Part shown: piece after piece, positions 19,456 through 29,807 of the stretch
Numbering within the stretch: the stretch's first letter is position 1
How the letters are laid out: each line of letters begins with the position of its first letter
Assembly: GCA_964407915.1 (NCBI GenBank)
Contig: CAYOXK010000005.1
Span: 734 to 64,733 of the forward strand
DNA: 64,000 nucleotides
From: an uncultured Gammaproteobacteria bacterium
GTDB lineage: Bacteria; Pseudomonadota; Gammaproteobacteria; Arenicellales; Arenicellaceae
Direction of reading: 5' to 3'
Notes under the pieces: generated by a model
Database searches by the model: none
What the model was told of the DNA's origin: nothing
What the model saw: the letters and a program-made list of their open reading frames with translations, nothing else
Made by a program: the position numbers and the translations under genes

Positions 19456-21150
19456 ATGTCTTATTCGATGAACACTGTGAACGACATACATGTGGGCTTA
19501 GGTATTCGTCCCGAGCTGTTTGCCGCAGTGCGCGCGGCCAAGCCGCCGCTCGCATTCTTCGAAGCGCACTCAGAAAACTATTTTGGCGATTCTCTTAACC
19601 GAGATTATTTGTTGGATTTAGCGACAGAGTATCCCATTGCTTTACATGGGGTAGGAGCATCGCTCGGTCGCGCCGATGCACTCAATGCCGAGCATTTGCG
19701 TGAACTGCGTCGGCTCGTAGAGGCTGTCAAGCCACTGTTTGTGTCTGATCACTTAGCGTGGAGTGCGTATCAGCACACACATCTTCCCGATCTATTCCCC
19801 GTGCCGCTCACACCACAAGCGTTTGCGGTGGTGTGCGATCACGTGCGCGCGATGCAAGACGCGCTTGGGCGCCAGATATTAGTCGAAAACCCATCAAATT
19901 ATGCGCTGTTTAGCGCGGCGCAATGGCCAGAGTCCCACTTTTTGAACGAGCTCGCCGAGCAAACGGGTTGTGGCGTCTTGCTCGATGTAAACAATGTGTA
20001 TGTGTCGGCGTCTAATGTCGGGAGCGACCCCGTGGCCTATATAGAGCAACTGGAGTCGGGGATTATTCAGGAGTATCACTTAGCCGGTTATACCCCCGTT
20101 ACACGGTCGTTGCAGGGCAAGCCTACGCAACTCTTGATCGACACCCACAATCACCCAGTGCACTCGCCCGTTTGGGGATTGTTTGAAATGACCGTGGCTC
20201 GGCACGGAGTGCGCCCCACGCTGATTGAGTGGGACAGCGACTTCCCTGCGCTGGATGTACTGCTTGGAGAGTGTGACAAGGCCCAGACGCGGTTGCTCAA
20301 GGCGCGGCCGCTCGCGACTGCCACGAACAAGCTAGAGATCGCCAAGACAGAAGCACAAAGTACAGCTCCAGCATCGCAGCACACGAGTAAGGCCATGCCA
20401 GTGGCGCTAGAATTATCGGCATTCCAGCATGGTTTTACGCGGGACGTACTCGCTAAAGCCACCACTACTGCGGCGTTTACCGAATCACACAACGAGCGTG
20501 TTGGTATTTACCAAAACAATGTATTTGCGGCGTTGCACGACTATTTAATGCAAGTATATCCAGCGGTGAATGGCGTGTTGGGCGCGGAGTATTTTCGCGC
20601 ATTGTGTCATTCCTTCTGCGCCCAATATCCGCCTAATTATGGGGATATCCATCGCTATGGTGCTGCTCTGCCGGAGGTGCTGGCTAACGAAGTAGCGTTG
20701 CAGGAAATGCCGTATCTGTATGATTTAGCGCTGTATGAATGGGCCCTGCACAGCGCCTATTTTAGTGCGCAAGGCGAGATGCTTGATCATCAAAACAGTG
20801 ATCAAGCGACATTGCTCGCGACACCGCTTACATTAAACGCAAGCGTAGCCGTCATCGCGTCACAGTATCCAATTTTAGCGATTCACGAGCAGTCCTTACC
20901 TGGGTATGAAGGCGAAGTGGCCATCACCTTACAACAAGGAGGCGACAGCGTTGTAGTGTACAAACAACAGCAATGTGTGCATACGTTCAGCATCCAACCG
21001 ATGCAAGTACACTTTTTTCGAGCACTGCAAAAATCCACCACGTTGATGCAAGCAATTGAGGGCTTGGGCGGGTCTATACCACAAGCACAGTTAAGCGAGG
21101 CGCTGAGTTTATGTTTACGCCATGCTCTACTGAACCCGTGTTCACTCTAA
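19456..21150 (+). CDS. Fused MNIO (DUF692, BufB-like) + DUF2063 (BufC-like) protein
   Basis: N-terminal half: GLGIR, EAHSENY, LHGVG.SLG, SDHLAW, LVENPSNY, LLDVNNVYVS, HLAG, LIDTH, TLIEWD. After an Ala/Thr-rich linker: RVGIYQNN...YPAV...LGAEYF...YLYDLALYEW. Confidence 0.92.
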   Translation: MSYSMNTVNDIHVGLGIRPELFAAVRAAKPPLAFFEAHSENYFGDSLNRDYLLDLATEYPIALHGVGASLGRADALNAEHLRELRRLVEAVKPLFVSDHLAWSAYQHTHLPDLFPVPLTPQAFAVVCDHVRAMQDALGRQILVENPSNYALFSAAQWPESHFLNELAEQTGCGVLLDVNNVYVSASNVGSDPVAYIEQLESGIIQEYHLAGYTPVTRSLQGKPTQLLIDTHNHPVHSPVWGLFEMTVARHGVRPTLIEWDSDFPALDVLLGECDKAQTRLLKARPLATATNKLEIAKTEAQSTAPASQHTSKAMPVALELSAFQHGFTRDVLAKATTTAAFTESHNERVGIYQNNVFAALHDYLMQVYPAVNGVLGAEYFRALCHSFCAQYPPNYGDIHRYGAALPEVLANEVALQEMPYLYDLALYEWALHSAYFSAQGEMLDHQNSDQATLLATPLTLNASVAVIASQYPILAIHEQSLPGYEGEVAITLQQGGDSVVVYKQQQCVHTFSIQPMQVHFFRALQKSTTLMQAIEGLGGSIPQAQLSEALSLCLRHALLNPCSL

Positions 21151-21169
21151 ACGATAATCGAATAAAACT

Positions 21170-21583
21170 ATGATCAGTCTCTACAATGCATTTAGTGCTT
21201 TTGCCATTTCTATTGTCACGCCACTCGCCAATCTTTGGGCGCGCATCTATGTAGGCCTGGTGTTCTTTCGTTCCGGCCAAGCGAAGTTGGCCGACTTTGA
21301 AGAAACCATTGAGTTTTTCGCTGACGATTGGGCCTTACCTTTCTTGCCGGCTGAACCCGCTGCGTATCTCGCCACGGCGGGTGAACTTATTCTACCCATA
21401 TTGCTCATCTTAGGTTTGTTCACTCGGGTCGGCGCATTGGGTTTGTTGCTTATGGCCATCGTGATTCAAGTGTTTGTGTTTCCGATGAACGAGCATTACT
21501 ACTGGATGATTATTCTGGCGCTGCTAGTAGGCCAAGGTGGTAGCAAATTGTCGGTTGATCATTTGTTGCTAAAAACCAAGTAA
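21170..21583 (+). CDS. DoxX family membrane protein (BufD-like)
   Basis: RIYVGLVFFRSG..K, AYLATAGELILPILLILGLFTR, G.SKLSVD. Confidence 0.9.
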   Translation: MISLYNAFSAFAISIVTPLANLWARIYVGLVFFRSGQAKLADFEETIEFFADDWALPFLPAEPAAYLATAGELILPILLILGLFTRVGALGLLLMAIVIQVFVFPMNEHYYWMIILALLVGQGGSKLSVDHLLLKTK

Positions 21584-21661
21584 ACGCGACCTGTTGATGC
21601 TTTCTGTTCGTCAGAGAGCACCACGCTTTACACGGCGCTCGGTAGTGGTGAGAATGACGCT

Positions 21662-22582
21662 ATGCAGAAAACTAGCCACCCATCGCGTGCCTACATCGGT
21701 CGTTATGCGCCGAGCCCTACCGGTGCCTTGCACTTAGGTAATCTGCAAACGGCCCTTTTGGCGTGGCTGCACGCACGGTTACATGGCGGAACTTTTTTGT
21801 TGCGTATGGAAGATCTCGACACCCCGCGAGTGGTGACTGGTAGCGCAGCGCAGATTGTTGCGGATTTAAGCTGGCTTGGACTAGATTGGGATGGACCAGT
21901 TATTTTTCAATCAGAGCGCTTGGCTTTGTATGATCAAGCTTTTGCCCACTTGCAGCAGCACAATCACGTGTTTCCCTGCTTTTGTTCGCGTAAGGATATT
22001 CGCGAGGCGGCCAGCGCGCCGCATGGTTCGTCGCCTACCTACCCCGGCACCTGCTTGAATTTGAGTGCGCAAGACTGCACCGAGCGCGCGCGCAGTAAAT
22101 CGCCTGCGTATCGCTTGCGTTGTGCACCATCGCTCGGCAGCGCCGAGGATGAGCTTGACTGTTTTGTAGTGAAACGAGCCGATGGGGTGTATGCGTATCA
22201 CCTCGCGGTAACGGTCGACGATCTCGTACAGGGTGTCACGCATGTGGTGCGGGGCGCGGACCTGCATACTAGCCAGACGCAGCAGCGTTATCTAGCGCAA
22301 CTATTAGAGCCGCATCGTGCACCACTGGCGTACCTAAGCGTTCCCTTAAAACTCGATACCGCTGGCCAGCGGATGTCTAAGCGCGATGGTTCTGAATCTG
22401 CGCAACAGTGGATTGCGCGTGGCGGCACGGCCGCAGATCTTGTGGGTAAGTTAGCCTTTGAAGTGGGGCTGATTGATGCCGCTAAGCCACTTAGCGCGCA
22501 AGAACTACTCAAAACCATTGATCTAGATTGTTGGCAAGCGGCGATGACTACCTACTCGCCCATTCGCGCAAGCGCTATTTAG
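21662..22582 (+). CDS. gluQ: Glutamyl-Q tRNA(Asp) synthetase
   Basis: GRYAPSPTGALHLGN, LRMEDLD, CFCSRK, YHLAVTVDD, VVRGADL, RMSKR; lacks an anticodon-binding domain. Confidence 0.9.
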   Translation: MQKTSHPSRAYIGRYAPSPTGALHLGNLQTALLAWLHARLHGGTFLLRMEDLDTPRVVTGSAAQIVADLSWLGLDWDGPVIFQSERLALYDQAFAHLQQHNHVFPCFCSRKDIREAASAPHGSSPTYPGTCLNLSAQDCTERARSKSPAYRLRCAPSLGSAEDELDCFVVKRADGVYAYHLAVTVDDLVQGVTHVVRGADLHTSQTQQRYLAQLLEPHRAPLAYLSVPLKLDTAGQRMSKRDGSESAQQWIARGGTAADLVGKLAFEVGLIDAAKPLSAQELLKTIDLDCWQAAMTTYSPIRASAI

Positions 22583-23234
22583 GTGGGTCGACCTGCTGCG
22601 TATGGCTGCTGTTCACTCGAAACCAGCCAGCAATGCTGTATCGCTCTTGGTGAACGGGGAGCACTTCGTGGGGAAACTCCTCGCTTAAAAATAAGACGAC
22701 AGTCGCGGCCTTTGGTTGTACTCTAACTAACAGTGCTTGGTGTTGATCGTAAACAAGCAACTCACCGCCTGCGTCGTCGGGCCAATCGTTGTTTAGGTAT
22801 GTCACCAGCGACAGCACACGATTACTCTGGCCTTTAAAGGCGTCGTAGTGCAAGCGGTAGAAGTCGCCTGGCTCATACAAGGCGAAATGATTTTCAAACG
22901 AAAACAAGCCTAAAAACAAACGCTGATTTAAATATCGTTGCAAATCAGCCGTCCACCCGCGCCACGCGTTCAGACTTACGCGCTGATTGTCTAGCCACAG
23001 AATCTTATCGCGGCGAATGGCGGGGTTACGCGTTTGCTTGGGGCCGCGCCCGATACTGGCCTTCTTAAATTCGTCGAGTTGCCGTTGCTTGAGTTCTGCT
23101 TGCAGCTGGCTGAGCACTGGCCTCGGCAGCGCGTTCTCTCCTACCCAATAGCCATCGCGATGTATCGCGTTGGCGATGAGTTCAAATAATATAGTTTGTT
23201 CTAGTGGCGCAGGTACTACTAGGTTGCGCGTCAT
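22575..23234 (-). CDS. 2OG-Fe(II) oxygenase (SM-20/EGLN-like)
   Basis: IRRDKILW, HYD (HxD), YLN..W....GGEL, HEV, RYSIAGWF. Confidence 0.88.
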   Translation of the reverse strand: MTRNLVVPAPLEQTILFELIANAIHRDGYWVGENALPRPVLSQLQAELKQRQLDEFKKASIGRGPKQTRNPAIRRDKILWLDNQRVSLNAWRGWTADLQRYLNQRLFLGLFSFENHFALYEPGDFYRLHYDAFKGQSNRVLSLVTYLNNDWPDDAGGELLVYDQHQALLVRVQPKAATVVLFLSEEFPHEVLPVHQERYSIAGWFRVNSSHTQQVDPPK

Positions 23235-23237
23235 GGT

Positions 23238-23660
23238 TTAGGAGTCGGCTTCAAAATCTTTGCGGCCCCTGAGTTTTTTGCGTTGGCGTATGTGTGCGAA
23301 TGGGTCTTTCGCTAATTCGGGATCGTTCACGATTTTATGCGTAGCATGCGGATGGTCTATGCGTGGCATTAAAGTTGCTGCTGGTTTTTTATTGAGTTTT
23401 TTAATGCGCTCTAAGCGTCCACGCACCCAGTGAAACAGAAAATAGAGCCCAACGCCCCCTGCAAAGGCCAGCCACTTTAAGATAAAGCTGCGACCTAGAC
23501 CTTCTGTGCGATTTTCAAGCTGTGCGCTCGCGATATAGTCGGAGTGAATCCAGCTCACCAGAAACAAGTAAGTAAAGAGCAGCACTGTGGAAACAATGCC
23601 GGCTTTGTATTGCTTCCAAATGAGCGCTATAAAAGCGAATCGAAAGGCTTGTTTGAACAT
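23238..23660 (-). CDS. Hypothetical membrane protein
   Basis: Two hydrophobic segments and a basic C-terminus; ends 3 nt before the oxygenase start. Confidence 0.65.
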   Translation of the reverse strand: MFKQAFRFAFIALIWKQYKAGIVSTVLLFTYLFLVSWIHSDYIASAQLENRTEGLGRSFILKWLAFAGGVGLYFLFHWVRGRLERIKKLNKKPAATLMPRIDHPHATHKIVNDPELAKDPFAHIRQRKKLRGRKDFEADS

Positions 23661-23709
23661 TAATCGGTCTCGTTAGTAGACGTACGTCGTGGTTATATTG
23701 AACTAACGC

Positions 23710-23976
23710 TTAGCCAAATATATTGATGCCGAGCACTGCGAGCACCGCGAACAGACCCTTTTCTTTCATAGAGCGTTTGATCTGATCTTCTTCTTCCTTT
23801 ACCAGAATTTCCAGATCTTGCTGGCTGAGTTTGGCTGGGTCGCTGCCCGCTATGGCAATGCGCGTGCGTGCGCGATCAATCGCATTTTCGCGGATATGCT
23901 GATTAAACTTGTTGGGTATCGCACGCACAAAACGTGGCGTGGAAATCGCAGGTAAGTATTTCATGGTTGGTCTCAC
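23710..23976 (-). CDS. Hypothetical small protein with C-terminal hydrophobic tail
   Basis: Clean ORF, same direction as the two downstream genes. Confidence 0.6.
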   Translation of the reverse strand: MRPTMKYLPAISTPRFVRAIPNKFNQHIRENAIDRARTRIAIAGSDPAKLSQQDLEILVKEEEDQIKRSMKEKGLFAVLAVLGINIFG

Positions 23977-24219
23977 AGCAGCGCGAATCGAAGGTGGTTG
24001 CGCAATAATCCTTAATTTACCAGTTATTGAGTCAAATTAACGAAACCCGCGTTAAAATTTAGCAACTAAGACGCGTCAATTGCCTTGGCTTGCAGATCAG
24101 ATTGACTTTGGCTGTGATAAACTTCGCGCCTGTTTTTTTAAAGGGCTTTTTTAACTTGGCCGCAAACCAAATTACGCCGCCTTTTTCTGACAACTTTCTT
24201 GTTTAACCACCTTCTTCCT

Positions 24220-24813
24220 ATGCACGCAAGACAAGCGCAAGTGACTCGCAATACTAGCGAAACACAAATTTCCGTCAAGCTCAACTTAGATGGTACTGGG
24301 CAGTGCCGTTTTGCGACGGGTGTGCCCTTTCTGGAGCATATGCTCGATCAGATTGGTCGCCATGGGCTAATCGACATGGATATCGAATGCTCTGGCGATT
24401 TGCACATTGACGACCACCATACCACCGAAGATATCGGTATTACGCTCGGGCAAGCTTTTGCTGAAGCATTAGGAGACAAAAAAGGTATTCGTCGCTATGG
24501 ACACGCCTATGTGCCGCTCGACGAAGCGCTAAGCCGTGTGGTGGTCGACTTTTCGGGTCGGCCGACCCTGATGCATCGCGTAGACTATAAACGCGCTCGC
24601 ATCGGTGGTTTTGATGTGGATTTGTTTGACGAGTTTTTTCATGGTTTTGTGAACCATGCCAAGCTAACGCTGCACATCGATAATATTCGGGGCAAAAACG
24701 CGCACCATATTGCCGAAACCATTTTTAAAGCCTTCGGTCGTGCGTTGCGCATGGCTTTAGAGCATGATCCCCGTATTGCGGGTGTTATCCCATCAACAAA
24801 AGGCGCGCTCTAA
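24220..24813 (+). CDS. hisB: Imidazoleglycerol-phosphate dehydratase (monofunctional)
   Basis: [41 protein letters not shown]. Confidence 0.97.
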   Translation: MHARQAQVTRNTSETQISVKLNLDGTGQCRFATGVPFLEHMLDQIGRHGLIDMDIECSGDLHIDDHHTTEDIGITLGQAFAEALGDKKGIRRYGHAYVPLDEALSRVVVDFSGRPTLMHRVDYKRARIGGFDVDLFDEFFHGFVNHAKLTLHIDNIRGKNAHHIAETIFKAFGRALRMALEHDPRIAGVIPSTKGAL

Positions 24814-24897
24814 GCTTTGCAGCGCTGCGAGGCGGGTTGGGTGTCTCGCTTGCTAACCCGACTTAGGTAAGCTGCGGGTGTTCACGCGATTGTTAAT

Positions 24898-25539
24898 ATG
24901 CACATAGCCATTGTTGATTTAGGAGTGGGAAATTTACGTTCTGTTGAGCAGGCCGTAAAAACCGTGGCACCGAATGCTTACGTGCAAGTGACGGCCGATC
25001 CTCTGCAGATCGATGCCGCAGACAAACTCATTCTTCCAGGGCAAGGCGCCATTGGTACTTGGTTCGCGCAACTCAAAGAGCGCGACTTAGGGCCTAGTCT
25101 AGAGCGCGCTAAAACGACCAAACCCTTGTTTGGTATTTGCGTTGGGATGCAGGCCATGTTTGAGTACTGCGCCGAGGATGGCGGCATGCCAGGGCTCGGT
25201 TGGTTTGCGGGACGCGTGGAGCATTTCTCTAAATTTCATGCGCCCGACCTTAATCCCATTCTGAAAATACCCCAAATGGGCTGGAATACGGTGACGCAAA
25301 CGCAAACGCACCCGTTGTGGCATAACATTCACGATGCCGCTTTTTTCTATTTTGTGCACAGCTATTGCGCCAACGCCGACGATGCCAATAAAGTGTTGGC
25401 GCAGGCTGATTACGGGCACACATTTGTGGCCGCTGTGGGTGCCGAGAATATTTTTGCCACCCAGTTTCATCCCGAGAAAAGTCATGCTGATGGTTTGCAA
25501 TTGCTGCGCAATTTCACGCAGTGGAATGGCAAGCTTTAA
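24898..25539 (+). CDS. hisH: Imidazole glycerol phosphate synthase glutaminase subunit
   Basis: GNLRSV, LPGQG, GICVGMQ, IPQMGWN, YFVHSY, QFHPEKS. Confidence 0.97.
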   Translation: MHIAIVDLGVGNLRSVEQAVKTVAPNAYVQVTADPLQIDAADKLILPGQGAIGTWFAQLKERDLGPSLERAKTTKPLFGICVGMQAMFEYCAEDGGMPGLGWFAGRVEHFSKFHAPDLNPILKIPQMGWNTVTQTQTHPLWHNIHDAAFFYFVHSYCANADDANKVLAQADYGHTFVAAVGAENIFATQFHPEKSHADGLQLLRNFTQWNGKL

Positions 25540-25565
25540 CGCGCTACACCTTTACGATAATCCTT

Positions 25566-26303
25566 ATGTTACTTATTCCAGCAATCGATATTAAAGACGG
25601 CAAGTGTGTTCGCCTCCGCCAAGGTCTAATGGAGGACTCTACCGTTTTTGGTGATAGCCCGTTGGCTATGGCCGATCAATGGGTGGCGCAAGGTGCGCGG
25701 CGCTTGCACTTGGTTGACCTAGACGGTGCGTTCGCTGGTAAGCCCGCCAATGCTAAAGAGATTGAAGCGATTGCGCACAAATACCCACATGTGCCGATTC
25801 AAATTGGTGGCGGTATTCGCGATGAGCAAACCATTCGAGCCTACTTAGATAGTGGCGTGAGCTACGTAATTCTGGGTACTCGGGCAGCCCAAGAGCCCGA
25901 TTGGATTAGTCGTTTGTCGAGTGAATTCGGCCCGCACATTATTGTTGGCCTAGACGCCAAAGAAGGCCGCGTGGCCATTGATGGTTGGGCAACCTTAACC
26001 GACCACAATGTGGTGGACCTTGCGCAGCGTTTTGCCGACGATGGTGTGCATGCCATCATTTTTACCGACATCGCACGCGATGGCATGTTGCAAGGTGTTA
26101 ATGCCGAGGCGACCGCAGACCTCGCGCGCGCGGTCAATATTCCAATTATTGCGTCGGGTGGCGTGACTTCGTTAGATGATCTACGTGACGTTGCGGCTTA
26201 CCAAGAGGCAGGCATAGCTGGGGTAATAACCGGTCGGGCAATCTACGAAGGCACACTCGATTTTGCCGCCGGCCAAGCCTTGCTCGACAAACTGACTGCT
26301 TAA
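25566..26303 (+). CDS. hisA: HisA isomerase
   Basis: [46 protein letters not shown]. Confidence 0.97.
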   Translation: MLLIPAIDIKDGKCVRLRQGLMEDSTVFGDSPLAMADQWVAQGARRLHLVDLDGAFAGKPANAKEIEAIAHKYPHVPIQIGGGIRDEQTIRAYLDSGVSYVILGTRAAQEPDWISRLSSEFGPHIIVGLDAKEGRVAIDGWATLTDHNVVDLAQRFADDGVHAIIFTDIARDGMLQGVNAEATADLARAVNIPIIASGGVTSLDDLRDVAAYQEAGIAGVITGRAIYEGTLDFAAGQALLDKLTA

Positions 26304-26308
26304 TCGCC

Positions 26309-27091
26309 ATGACGCTTGCGAAACGTGTAATTCCCTGTTTGGACGTTGATAACGGCCGTGTCGTCAAGGGTGTTAACTTTATTGGAATTCGCGATGCCGG
26401 AGATCCGGTAGAAGTCGCCAAGCGGTACAACGAGCAGGGCGCCGACGAAATCACGTTTTTGGATATTACGGCTACTTCCGACCAACGCGCGACTCTCTAC
26501 GAAGTGGTCGAGTCGGTGGCAAGCCAAGTATTTATCCCGCTGACCGTCGGGGGTGGTATCCGCACATTGGCCGACATACATCAGCTTTTGCAGGTGGGTG
26601 CCGATAAAATATCGATCAACAGTACGGCTGTGTACAACCCTGAGTTTATTGGCGAAGCCAGCGCCCATTTTGGCTCGCAATGTATCGTGGTGGCGATTGA
26701 TGCCAAACAAACCCAGCGGGTGGCGAATGGCGACACAGCCGATCGATGGGAAATTTTTACGCATGGCGGTCGGCAAGCAACGGGCATCGATGCGGTGCAA
26801 TGGGCACAAAAAATGGCCGCGCTTGGTGCTGGCGAAATTTTGCTCACGAGCATGGATGGCGACGGCACTAAAGCGGGTTACGATCTAGCCTTAACGCGGG
26901 CTGTAAGCGATGCGATTCCGATTCCCGTCATCGCCTCGGGCGGGGTTGGCACGTTGCAGCATTTAGTTGAAGGTATCACGGTGGGGCATGCCGACGCGGT
27001 GCTGGCGGCCAGCATTTTTCATTTTGGCGAATATTCCATCGAACAAGCCAAGCGTGCTATGCGCGCTGCGGGACTCGAGGTTAGACTGTAA
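26309..27091 (+). CDS. hisF: Imidazole glycerol phosphate synthase cyclase subunit
   Basis: [46 protein letters not shown]. Confidence 0.98.
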   Translation: MTLAKRVIPCLDVDNGRVVKGVNFIGIRDAGDPVEVAKRYNEQGADEITFLDITATSDQRATLYEVVESVASQVFIPLTVGGGIRTLADIHQLLQVGADKISINSTAVYNPEFIGEASAHFGSQCIVVAIDAKQTQRVANGDTADRWEIFTHGGRQATGIDAVQWAQKMAALGAGEILLTSMDGDGTKAGYDLALTRAVSDAIPIPVIASGGVGTLQHLVEGITVGHADAVLAASIFHFGEYSIEQAKRAMRAAGLEVRL

Positions 27092-27093
27092 GC

Positions 27094-27483
27094 ATGGCAT
27101 GGATAGATGACATAGCGTGGAACGAACAAGGCTTAGTGCCTGCCATTGCACAAGACGCTGCAACGGGCGCTGTATTGATGGTGGCGTGGATGAATCGTGC
27201 TGCCTTGCTCGAAACCATCGAAACGCAGCGAGCCGTGTATTGGTCGCGGTCGCGCGCTAAATTGTGGCGCAAAGGTGAAGAATCAGGTCATGTGCAAACC
27301 GTGCAAGAAGTGCGCATCGACTGCGATGCCGATGTCGTTTTGCTAGCAGTTAAGCAAATTGGTGATATTGCATGTCATACTGGTCGCAACAGTTGTTTTT
27401 ACAGGGTGTATACTAACGGCGAATGGGTGACGGTGGCGGACGTGCTCAAAGACCCACTGGAGATTTATGGAGAGCGCAAATGA
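27094..27483 (+). CDS. hisI: Phosphoribosyl-AMP cyclohydrolase
   Basis: [29 protein letters not shown]. Confidence 0.97.
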   Translation: MAWIDDIAWNEQGLVPAIAQDAATGAVLMVAWMNRAALLETIETQRAVYWSRSRAKLWRKGEESGHVQTVQEVRIDCDADVVLLAVKQIGDIACHTGRNSCFYRVYTNGEWVTVADVLKDPLEIYGERK

Positions 27484-27863
27484 GTAAACCTGGCGCGCTG
27501 TCAGACAATCAGCAAGCGGCCACTAAAGCGGAGTCAGCCTTGGTGGCACCACGCGATGTATTGGAGCGTTTAGAAGCGGTCATTTACGAGCGTCTGCACA
27601 ATGCCGAGCACAGCCAATCGTATGTAGCGAACTTGGCGGCTAAAGGCGGCGATGCCATTTTGAAAAAAATTGGCGAAGAAGCCACCGAAACCGTTATGGC
27701 CGCTAAAGACGGCCAAGCCGAGCAGATCATCTATGAAGTAGCCGATTTGTGTTTTCATACTATGATCATGTTGGCCCATCACGAGTTGAGTATCGAGCAA
27801 GTATTAGATGAACTGGAGCGTCGCATGGGCGTGTCTGGTCTTACCGAAAAAGCGTCGCGCTAG
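27480..27863 (+). CDS. hisE: Phosphoribosyl-ATP diphosphatase
   Basis: [26 protein letters not shown]. Confidence 0.95.
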   Translation: MSKPGALSDNQQAATKAESALVAPRDVLERLEAVIYERLHNAEHSQSYVANLAAKGGDAILKKIGEEATETVMAAKDGQAEQIIYEVADLCFHTMIMLAHHELSIEQVLDELERRMGVSGLTEKASR

Positions 27864-27918
27864 CATTTAGCGCGGCACCGTAAACCGAGTTTTAAGACAT
27901 AATTTAGAGGACAGTAAA

Positions 27919-28146
27919 ATGGGTTTTGGTGGAATTTCTATATGGCAGTTGTTGATCATTTTAGTCATTGTGGCACTGATTTTTGGCACCAAAAAATTGC
28001 GGGGCATTGGCGGTGACTTGGGTGGCGCGATCAAAAGTTTTAAATCGGCGCTTAAGGATGAAAACAAAAATGCCGAGGCAGAAGTAAATGGCGAGTCCGA
28101 AGCCGAGACCGACAAAGCGGATGCAAAACCAGGCAGTAAACACTAA
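27919..28146 (+). CDS. tatA: Twin-arginine translocase subunit A
   Basis: [33 protein letters not shown]. Confidence 0.97.
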   Translation: MGFGGISIWQLLIILVIVALIFGTKKLRGIGGDLGGAIKSFKSALKDENKNAEAEVNGESEAETDKADAKPGSKH

Positions 28147-28225
28147 TTGAAAACCTTTGCTATGTGTCTTCCTTTTAGTCACTTTGGCGTTAAACCTGTC
28201 GGCTTAGCGTCGCGCGAGCATCGCT

Positions 28226-28795
28226 ATGTTTGATATCGGTTTTTGGGAGTTGCTGGTTATTGCGGTCGTGCTTCTGTTGGTGATGGGGCCCGAGCGACTT
28301 CCCGAAGTAGCCCGCCAGGCGGCGTTTTTAATTCGCAAAGCGCGTCAGAGCATGTATCGTTTACGTAATGAAATGCAAGGCGAGATAGACGGTACGCCGT
28401 TTGCTGATTTGCGTGCTGCGCAGCAAGAGATGCGCGATTTTAAAAACGATATGCGCCAGTTTGGTAGCGAACTTGCCGATTCAGCGCAAAGTAGCAACGC
28501 TGCCAAACGGGGGCAGCCAGCGCCTGTGCGTGGCGTTCCAAGCCAAGCTGTACCGCAGGCCGAGAGCACTAAAACCGAGAGTGCTAAAACGGCCAGTAGT
28601 ACGCCTTCAACGCCTTCTGCCGGTTCGCAAGCCACCCCCAAAGTGACGAAACGAGCGACCAAGCGAGTTACTCAGAAAGCGGCTTCGAAAACCGCGGGTG
28701 CGGCGAGCGCCAATACTACGCAAAAGCCGGTGCGAAAAGTCGCCAAGAAAATCAGTAAAAAAGTGGCTAAGCAAAACACGGCAAAGCCTGGCTAG
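28226..28795 (+). CDS. tatB: Twin-arginine translocase subunit B
   Basis: MFDIGFWELLVIAVVLLLVMGPERLP; long low-complexity C-terminus. Confidence 0.96.
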   Translation: MFDIGFWELLVIAVVLLLVMGPERLPEVARQAAFLIRKARQSMYRLRNEMQGEIDGTPFADLRAAQQEMRDFKNDMRQFGSELADSAQSSNAAKRGQPAPVRGVPSQAVPQAESTKTESAKTASSTPSTPSAGSQATPKVTKRATKRVTQKAASKTAGAASANTTQKPVRKVAKKISKKVAKQNTAKPG

Positions 28796-28942
28796 ACCCT
28801 AGCTAGGTCACTCAGTTCAGCGCGGCGGTCTGCGCCTTTAACCCTAAATTAGCCCGTAGCCAATTGGCGCTTAAATCAGATCCTTATTGTCTGTGCCTAG
28901 TTCCGGCCAACCCTTTAGCTTGCAACGTATTCGTTAAACTCT

Positions 28943-29713
28943 ATGGACAAGATCCCTCCACCAACAGAACGTGAGGAACCCGTTTCCGAACCTTTTGTGT
29001 CGCACTTAATCGAGCTGCGCAATCGGATGCTGATTGCCGTAGGCGCAGTGCTCGTACTTTTCATGTGCTTGGTGCCGTTTGCCAGTGAGCTCTACGAGTG
29101 GTTTGCCAAGCCGTTGATCTCGAATTTGCCGCAAGGTGGAACCATGATTTCCACCGAGCCGCACGGGCCGTTCTTTATCCCGTTTAAGTTTGCCTTTGCT
29201 ACCGCTTTTGCGTTGGCGATTCCCGTGGTTTTATACCAAGTATGGGCCTTTATTGCGCCAGGACTTTATAAGAACGAAAAGAGTATCGCCTTGCCCTTAG
29301 TGGTATCGAGTACCTTATTGTTTTACCTAGGTATCTTCTTTGCTTATTACGTGGTGTTTCCGATCATTTTTCGCTTTTTTATAGGCATGGCCCCCGAAGG
29401 GGTGGCGGTGATGACGGACATCAGCGCGTACATGAGCTTTGCTTTAAAACTGTTTTTTGCATTTGGGGTGGCCTTCGAAGTGCCCGTTGCTACCGTGCTG
29501 TTAGCGCGAATGGGCGTCGTTTCTACACAAACGATGGCGACGCAGCGCCCGTACATTATTCTTGGCGCATTTGTCGTTGGCATGCTGATGACGCCACCGG
29601 ACATTTTTTCGCAAATCATGTTGGCGGTTCCTATTTGTTTGCTCTTTGAGCTAGGCCTGTTTTTTGCACGTCGCCTCGAGAAACGCGACCAACGTAAACA
29701 AGCGAAAGAGTAA
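28943..29713 (+). CDS. tatC: Twin-arginine translocase subunit C
   Basis: SHLIELRNR, YQVWAFIAPGLY.NE, AFEVP, TPPDIFSQ. Confidence 0.97.
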   Translation: MDKIPPPTEREEPVSEPFVSHLIELRNRMLIAVGAVLVLFMCLVPFASELYEWFAKPLISNLPQGGTMISTEPHGPFFIPFKFAFATAFALAIPVVLYQVWAFIAPGLYKNEKSIALPLVVSSTLLFYLGIFFAYYVVFPIIFRFFIGMAPEGVAVMTDISAYMSFALKLFFAFGVAFEVPVATVLLARMGVVSTQTMATQRPYIILGAFVVGMLMTPPDIFSQIMLAVPICLLFELGLFFARRLEKRDQRKQAKE

Positions 29714-29807
29714 GCGCTTAAGCAGTGCTTTACTCCAAGGCGCGCAAGTAGGGTGTGTACACCTAGTAAGCGAGCCTGCAATTTACTAACGATGTAACGA
29801 GAGTACG

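Noticed and set aside
23977-24219. His leader peptide or attenuator upstream of hisB
   Set aside because: No His-codon-rich uORF or clear attenuator hairpins seen.
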